Positions 23,679 to 28,159 of a stretch of DNA of 28,159 nt are shown here, in pieces. The DNA is from Candidatus Saccharimonadota bacterium (GTDB lineage Bacteria; Patescibacteriota; Saccharimonadia; UBA4664): contig JAQZBT010000001.1 in the NCBI GenBank assembly GCA_029237755.1, forward strand, positions 1-28,159. The letters run 5' to 3'. The first letter of the stretch is position 1; every line of letters begins with the position of its first letter. The notes below the pieces were generated by a model that worked only from the letters and a program-made list of their open reading frames with translations, did no database searches and had not been told where the DNA came from. The translations under genes and the position numbers were made by a program.

Positions 23679-24734
23679 ATGTTTGACTTTCTTCCCACAA
23701 TTAATTTCATCCATGAACGCGAGCTGACATCGTTTGCGCGCATCGGCTTTATGGCGTTCGCGGCCTTCGTATTGTCCATGCTGCTCGTGCCTCTCTATAC
23801 GCGCCTTGGGTTTAAGTACAAGCTGTGGAAGCAGCCCCGCGAGACTGCCATTACCGGCGAGAAGGCGCCCATCTACCACAAGCTGCACGCGGCGAAACAC
23901 AAACGCAATATCCCGACCATGGGTGGCATTGTGTTTATCGTCACGGTGGCCATCATCACGATCTTATTCAACTTCTCGCGCAGTCAGACCTATCTGCCGT
24001 TGTTTGTGCTGGTTGCGGCTGGTCTGGTGGGGTTGTTTGACGACTACCTCAATATCCGTTCGGAGGGCCTGGGTATCGCCGGCATGCGGGGCAAGATCAA
24101 GTTCTCGCTGATCTTGGGTATCGCCATCGTGGGCGCGCTCTATTTCTATCTGAAGCTGGGCTACAACCTGATCCACGTGCCGGCGGTGGGCGACTTCAAC
24201 ATCGGCTGGCTCTACGTACCGCTCTTCATCGCGGTCGTGGTATCGACTGCTAATGCCGTGAATATTACCGATGGCCTGGATGGCTTAGCGGGAGGGTTGT
24301 TATCGACGGCCTTTGCCGTGTATGCCGCGATCGCATTCTTCCAGGGCAACTTCGGTATCGCCGCCTTCTGCGCTACGATTGTGGGCGCTTTCCTGACCTA
24401 CACCTGGTTTAGCATCTATCCGGCGCGGTTCTTCATGGGGGATTCGGGAGCGTTCGCGTTTGGTACGACTTTAGGCGTGATAGCCATGCTGACCAATACT
24501 GTTTTTGTGTTGCCGATCATCGCCGCGGTCTTCGTGGTCGAGGCTGGTTCGAGCGCCCTGCAGATCGCCTCCAAGAAGCTCTTCAAGCGCAAGATATTCC
24601 TGTCGGCGCCTTTGCACCATCACCTCGAAGCGATCGGGTGGCCGGAGACGAAAGTGACGATGCGCCTGTGGGTTATCGGCCAGGTGGTCGGCGCGTTAGG
24701 TTTGATACTGGCGTTACTCGGGAACCGGGCTTGA
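23679..24734 (+). CDS. mraY: Phospho-N-acetylmuramoyl-pentapeptide transferase
   Basis: PTMGG, GLFDDY, NAVNITDGLDGLA, PARFFMGDSG and APLHHHLE motifs. Confidence 0.98.
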   Translation: MFDFLPTINFIHERELTSFARIGFMAFAAFVLSMLLVPLYTRLGFKYKLWKQPRETAITGEKAPIYHKLHAAKHKRNIPTMGGIVFIVTVAIITILFNFSRSQTYLPLFVLVAAGLVGLFDDYLNIRSEGLGIAGMRGKIKFSLILGIAIVGALYFYLKLGYNLIHVPAVGDFNIGWLYVPLFIAVVVSTANAVNITDGLDGLAGGLLSTAFAVYAAIAFFQGNFGIAAFCATIVGAFLTYTWFSIYPARFFMGDSGAFAFGTTLGVIAMLTNTVFVLPIIAAVFVVEAGSSALQIASKKLFKRKIFLSAPLHHHLEAIGWPETKVTMRLWVIGQVVGALGLILALLGNRA

Positions 24735-24735
24735 A

Positions 24736-25956
24736 ATGAATCCGCTGGGAGGGAAGGCGGCCAGAGCACACCACCCTGACTATGTGATCGCACTTGTGAT
24801 CGCGATCCTCTTGGCCGTGGGGCTGGTGATGATGTACTCGATCAGCCCTATACTGAGCCACAAGCTGGGCGTAGGTGTAGAGCGCAACTTCTACTTCCTG
24901 AACCAGATCAAGTACGTCCTCATTGGCCTGGTGGTCTGGATCGTGGCGTCGTCGATCAGCTACAACAGGTGGCGCAAGTGGTCCCCGTGGTTGATGGGCG
25001 TTGCCATTATCAGCCTCATCGGACTCTTGATCCCGTCGATTTCGCACAGTTCCCATGGTGCCACGCGCTGGCTCGATCTCGGTCCGATCTCGGTGCAGCC
25101 GGCCGAAATTTTGAAGATATCGCTCATCCTGTATCTAGCGGCGTGGCTGGAGAAACGGCAGGAAGAGGTCAAATCGTTTTGGGACGGTCTCTTTCCGTTT
25201 GGCGTGATGGCGGGAGCAGCTGCTTTCGTGGTGGTGGTACTGCAAAAAGACATGGGTACCGCGATGGTGATCGCACTGTCGACAGTCGGCATGTACTTCG
25301 CTGCCGGGATGTTGTGGCGTCATCTGGGATTGGTGGCGGCACTGGGAGCAGCGGCCTCGTGGGTCTTCATCATGATGGCCCCGCACCGGGTCAGCCGTCT
25401 GACGACGTTTCTGGATCCTTCGCATGACGCTACCGGCCAGGGCTACCACATCAACCAGGCCCTGATCGCTATCGGGTCAGGGGGTGTGCTGGGCCTGGGA
25501 TTGGGTAAGAGTATCCAGGTTTACGGTTATCTGCCTGAGGCGGCCAACGACTCGATCTTTGCCATCATCGCCGAAGAGTTTGGCTTACTCGGCTCGATCG
25601 GAATCATCGTTGCCTTCGGTGTGCTGGCCTACCGGGGCCTGCTGGTGGCGCGATCGGCGCCGGATACTTTCTCGCGGCTGGCGGCGACGGGTATAAGTCT
25701 GTGGCTATTGTTTCAGTCGGTTATCAACATCGGCGCCATGCTGGCGCTCGTGCCCCTCACCGGTATTCCGTTGCCGTTCATCTCCTACGGCGGTACCAGT
25801 TTGATCATCTCCCTGTTGGGAGCCGGAATTCTTTTGAATATTTCCAAATACACGGTAAGAGAGGTAACTGATGCGGGTAGTCGTCAGCGGCGGGGGGACA
25901 GCCGGCCATATTTCGCCAACCCTGGCAACCAGCGACGCGTTAAAACAGCTCGATAA
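24736..25956 (+). CDS. ftsW: Peptidoglycan polymerase FtsW (SEDS family)
   Basis: GATRWL, VQPAEILK, QKDMGT, GYHINQALIAIGSGG, YLPEAANDSIFAII and GIPLPFISYGGTS motifs. Confidence 0.96.
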   Translation: MNPLGGKAARAHHPDYVIALVIAILLAVGLVMMYSISPILSHKLGVGVERNFYFLNQIKYVLIGLVVWIVASSISYNRWRKWSPWLMGVAIISLIGLLIPSISHSSHGATRWLDLGPISVQPAEILKISLILYLAAWLEKRQEEVKSFWDGLFPFGVMAGAAAFVVVVLQKDMGTAMVIALSTVGMYFAAGMLWRHLGLVAALGAAASWVFIMMAPHRVSRLTTFLDPSHDATGQGYHINQALIAIGSGGVLGLGLGKSIQVYGYLPEAANDSIFAIIAEEFGLLGSIGIIVAFGVLAYRGLLVARSAPDTFSRLAATGISLWLLFQSVINIGAMLALVPLTGIPLPFISYGGTSLIISLLGAGILLNISKYTVREVTDAGSRQRRGDSRPYFANPGNQRRVKTAR

Positions 25957-27058
25957 GGATATCGAACTGCTTTATATCGGCCAGGCCGACTCGATGGAGG
26001 CCCGGATCGTAGCGGCGTCCAAACTTAAGTTTGCCTCAATCCAGGCCGGTAAATTCCGGCGCTACCACTCTGCTTCGGCGTTGGGCAAACTCTTTAACCC
26101 CAAGACTCTGGGACCGAATCTGCGCGATGCCGGGCGGGCGGTCGCCGGTGTAGCCGGTGCGCTCAAGATCCTGCGATCGTTTAAGCCCGATGTGGTGTTC
26201 CTCAAGGGCGGGTACGTCTGCGTCCCGGTCGGTCTGGCGGCGCGGATTTTGCGCATACCCTATGTGATTCACGAGTCGGATGTGTCGCCGGGTATGGCCA
26301 ACCGCATGCTTGGACGCTGGGCGGAAAAGATCGCCGTCGCGTTCCCGGCCAAGAGCTACCATGATTTTCCGGCGGATAAACTCATCTATACCGGCAGTCC
26401 GGCGCGGCGAGGGATGGATGAGGATATTACGAGGGAGCAGGCGTTAGAGAAACTGGAGCTCGATCCAAAATTGCCGGTGTTGCTAGTGATGGGCGGTAGT
26501 TCGGGGGCGGCCCAGATCAACGACGCAATCGTGCAGGCATTGCCGGAGCTGCTGACGGTGTGCCAGGTCATCCACGTGACTGGCGAGCGGGAGCATGAAC
26601 GCGTCATGTTCGAACTCCGCCGGCAGGGCGAGCTGCCTCACCGCGAGCGTTACCACAGTTACGGTTTCCTGATGGCGGAGTACGTCCATGCCCTGGTCGC
26701 GGCCGACGTTGTGATCACGCGCGCCGGCGCCAACACGATCAATGATCTGGCCACACTGAAGAAGCCAACCGTACTAATACCGAACTATGAAATGGCCGGA
26801 CACCAGGTCGAGAACGCCAAGGTCTTGTCGCGCGCGGGCGCGGCGCGCGTGCTGGACGGTTCAAAATTGCGCACGGCGGTATTGGTAGGGGAGGTGAAGT
26901 ACCTGCTGACGGATAGGGAAGAGCAGGGGAGACTGAGCGCCGCAATTAGCCAGTTCGCCAAGCCGGATGCTGCGGTAGAATTAGCACAAGTGATATTGGA
27001 TGCTGGTAGGGTAGGGGAGAGTACCGAACAAGAACCGAACGAGGGTGATGCAGAGTGA
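25871..27058 (+). CDS. murG: GlcNAc transferase MurG
   Basis: SGGGTAGHI, KGGYVCVP, HESD..PG.ANR, GGSSGA and RAGANT motifs. Confidence 0.98.
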   Translation: MRVVVSGGGTAGHISPTLATSDALKQLDKDIELLYIGQADSMEARIVAASKLKFASIQAGKFRRYHSASALGKLFNPKTLGPNLRDAGRAVAGVAGALKILRSFKPDVVFLKGGYVCVPVGLAARILRIPYVIHESDVSPGMANRMLGRWAEKIAVAFPAKSYHDFPADKLIYTGSPARRGMDEDITREQALEKLELDPKLPVLLVMGGSSGAAQINDAIVQALPELLTVCQVIHVTGEREHERVMFELRRQGELPHRERYHSYGFLMAEYVHALVAADVVITRAGANTINDLATLKKPTVLIPNYEMAGHQVENAKVLSRAGAARVLDGSKLRTAVLVGEVKYLLTDREEQGRLSAAISQFAKPDAAVELAQVILDAGRVGESTEQEPNEGDAE

Positions 27059-27855
27059 ATGAACGCCGGGTAAAGACGAGCCGTCAGGCATACGGCAGGG
27101 GAGTGGCGGTCGCGCGGCCAGGTAGGGGAAAGCCGAAAGGGCCGAGCCTGAGCCTGGCGCAGCGGCGGTTTGTGATCCTGGCCGTGATCGTGGCGCTGGC
27201 GGTATGGGGGCTGACTCGGGCGTTTGCAATTACGGAAGTGGATGTGACGGCACCAAGCAGGGAAGAGGAGTTGAAGTCCACGACCAAGAAACTCATTGGC
27301 GAGTCGTGGCTGCAAGGCAATACTCTGACCCTCAATGGCGGCGACCTGGAGGAGCGGTTACTGAAAGAGGACCCGTTGCTCAGAAGCGTGGAGGTGCGCC
27401 GCAAGTTTTTCCATACAGTGAGCGTGACTGCCGTCTTCAAGCAGCCCAGCATGGGCTGGTCGTCGGATAACCAGAAGTACTTGCTGGACAGCGACGGGAC
27501 CGCTATCGGCGAGCTGCCGGCAGGCTCAACTCTCCCGGTGGTACAGGACGGCAGCAATCTGCCTGTAAAGCTGGGCCAGCGCGTGGCGTCAGCCCGCTTC
27601 GTCACATACGTGGGGAATCTGGTGCCCGGCCTGAAGGCGCTGGGCATCACGCCCAAGAGCATGGATGTGAAGGAGACGACCTTCGACCTGCATGTCACCA
27701 CCGATAAGGGCTACAAGCTCATCATGGACACCAGCCGGCCGGTAGAGGAGGGGACAAGGGACCTCAAAGCGGTGCTTGCCCTACTCGCATCCCAGAAGAA
27801 GGCTCCCACCGAGTATGTGGACCTGCGCATCGCCGGCAAAGCCTACTACAAGTAG
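27055..27855 (+). CDS. ftsQ: Cell division protein FtsQ/DivIB
   Basis: Basic N-terminus, TM segment, POTRA-like region, C-terminal EYVDLRIAGKAYYK; GTGA overlap with murG. Confidence 0.85.
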   Translation: MNERRVKTSRQAYGRGVAVARPGRGKPKGPSLSLAQRRFVILAVIVALAVWGLTRAFAITEVDVTAPSREEELKSTTKKLIGESWLQGNTLTLNGGDLEERLLKEDPLLRSVEVRRKFFHTVSVTAVFKQPSMGWSSDNQKYLLDSDGTAIGELPAGSTLPVVQDGSNLPVKLGQRVASARFVTYVGNLVPGLKALGITPKSMDVKETTFDLHVTTDKGYKLIMDTSRPVEEGTRDLKAVLALLASQKKAPTEYVDLRIAGKAYYK

Positions 27856-28079
27856 CTCTGCCGTAGGGAGCGCATTGCTGTGTCAGCTTTCCGTTACTCT
27901 CTCGACGTACATCTAAGTACGCCTCGTTTCGTTACTCAAGCTTCCTTGCATTGCATCTCCCGACGGCAGAGCGCGAACAACAGCCCGAAATGTACTTCGA
28001 CTTCCCTCTCTTTATGTTCGGTTTTTGTCGGGGTACACAACAAACGTGTGCAACGACCCCGACCGGGGGTTCTCGGGGG
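27855..28079 (+). ncRNA. Candidate structured RNA after ftsQ; unclassified
   Basis: 15-bp stem 27855-27870/27957-27972 with one mismatch, and mutually exclusive hairpins at 28027-28078. Confidence 0.35.
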
Positions 28080-28159
28080 AAGCTAAAACACCATAAACAC
28101 GCATAAAAAAACGCAAAAATGAAAATTTTGAAAATTTGATCAAAACCTGCCAAAACGCC

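Noticed and set aside
27880-28153. Minus-strand ORFs 27880..28086 and 27932..28153
   Set aside because: The Phe-rich N-terminus simply mirrors the + strand A-tracts; no supporting SD or family motif.
1-28159. tRNA, rRNA, tmRNA, CRISPR arrays, transposases, integrases, known riboswitches
   Set aside because: No cloverleaf, repeat-spacer array, mobile-element motif or riboswitch consensus was recognisable by eye; an Infernal/Rfam scan would be needed to exclude divergent RNAs.

Overview
A 28 kb window from a GC-rich Patescibacteria (CPR) genome, most likely Saccharibacteria. The assignment rests on the class I LysRS, the MraZ sequence type, a reduced dcw cluster, secA-murD linkage and LPXTG surface proteins. 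TGA is used as a stop, so the code is standard. From 2.4 kb onward all genes are on the + strand: mreB-mreC-mreD-mrdA(PBP2), greA, class I lysS, a Cys-rich orphan, serS-hpf, secA-murD, an M16 peptidase, two paralogous LPXTG surface proteins, and mraZ-rsmH-(20-aa ORF)-ftsL-ftsI-mraY-ftsW-murG-ftsQ. The most striking signal lies in the first 1.4 kb on the minus strand and is absent from the ORF track. Two tandem transcription units have the same geometry, offset by 502 nt: sigma70 -35/17 nt/-10, 6 nt, a leaderless 24-codon peptide, a protector hairpin, and an intrinsic terminator beginning 31 nt after the stop. One peptide carries Trp-Trp and precedes an unannotated ATP-grasp-like gene. The other carries Met-Met-Pro-Cys-Cys-Asn-Met-Cys and precedes an 84-aa basic orphan. 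They look like Trp-sensing and sulfur-amino-acid-sensing attenuators controlling non-biosynthetic genes in a lineage generally auxotrophic for amino acids. Other signals include paired DnaA boxes and MraZ boxes at the dcw promoter, a 20-aa basic ORF with a strong SD inside the dcw operon, several leaderless housekeeping promoters, and three long structured non-coding segments. All pairings and promoters were read by eye, with no folding or database searches.
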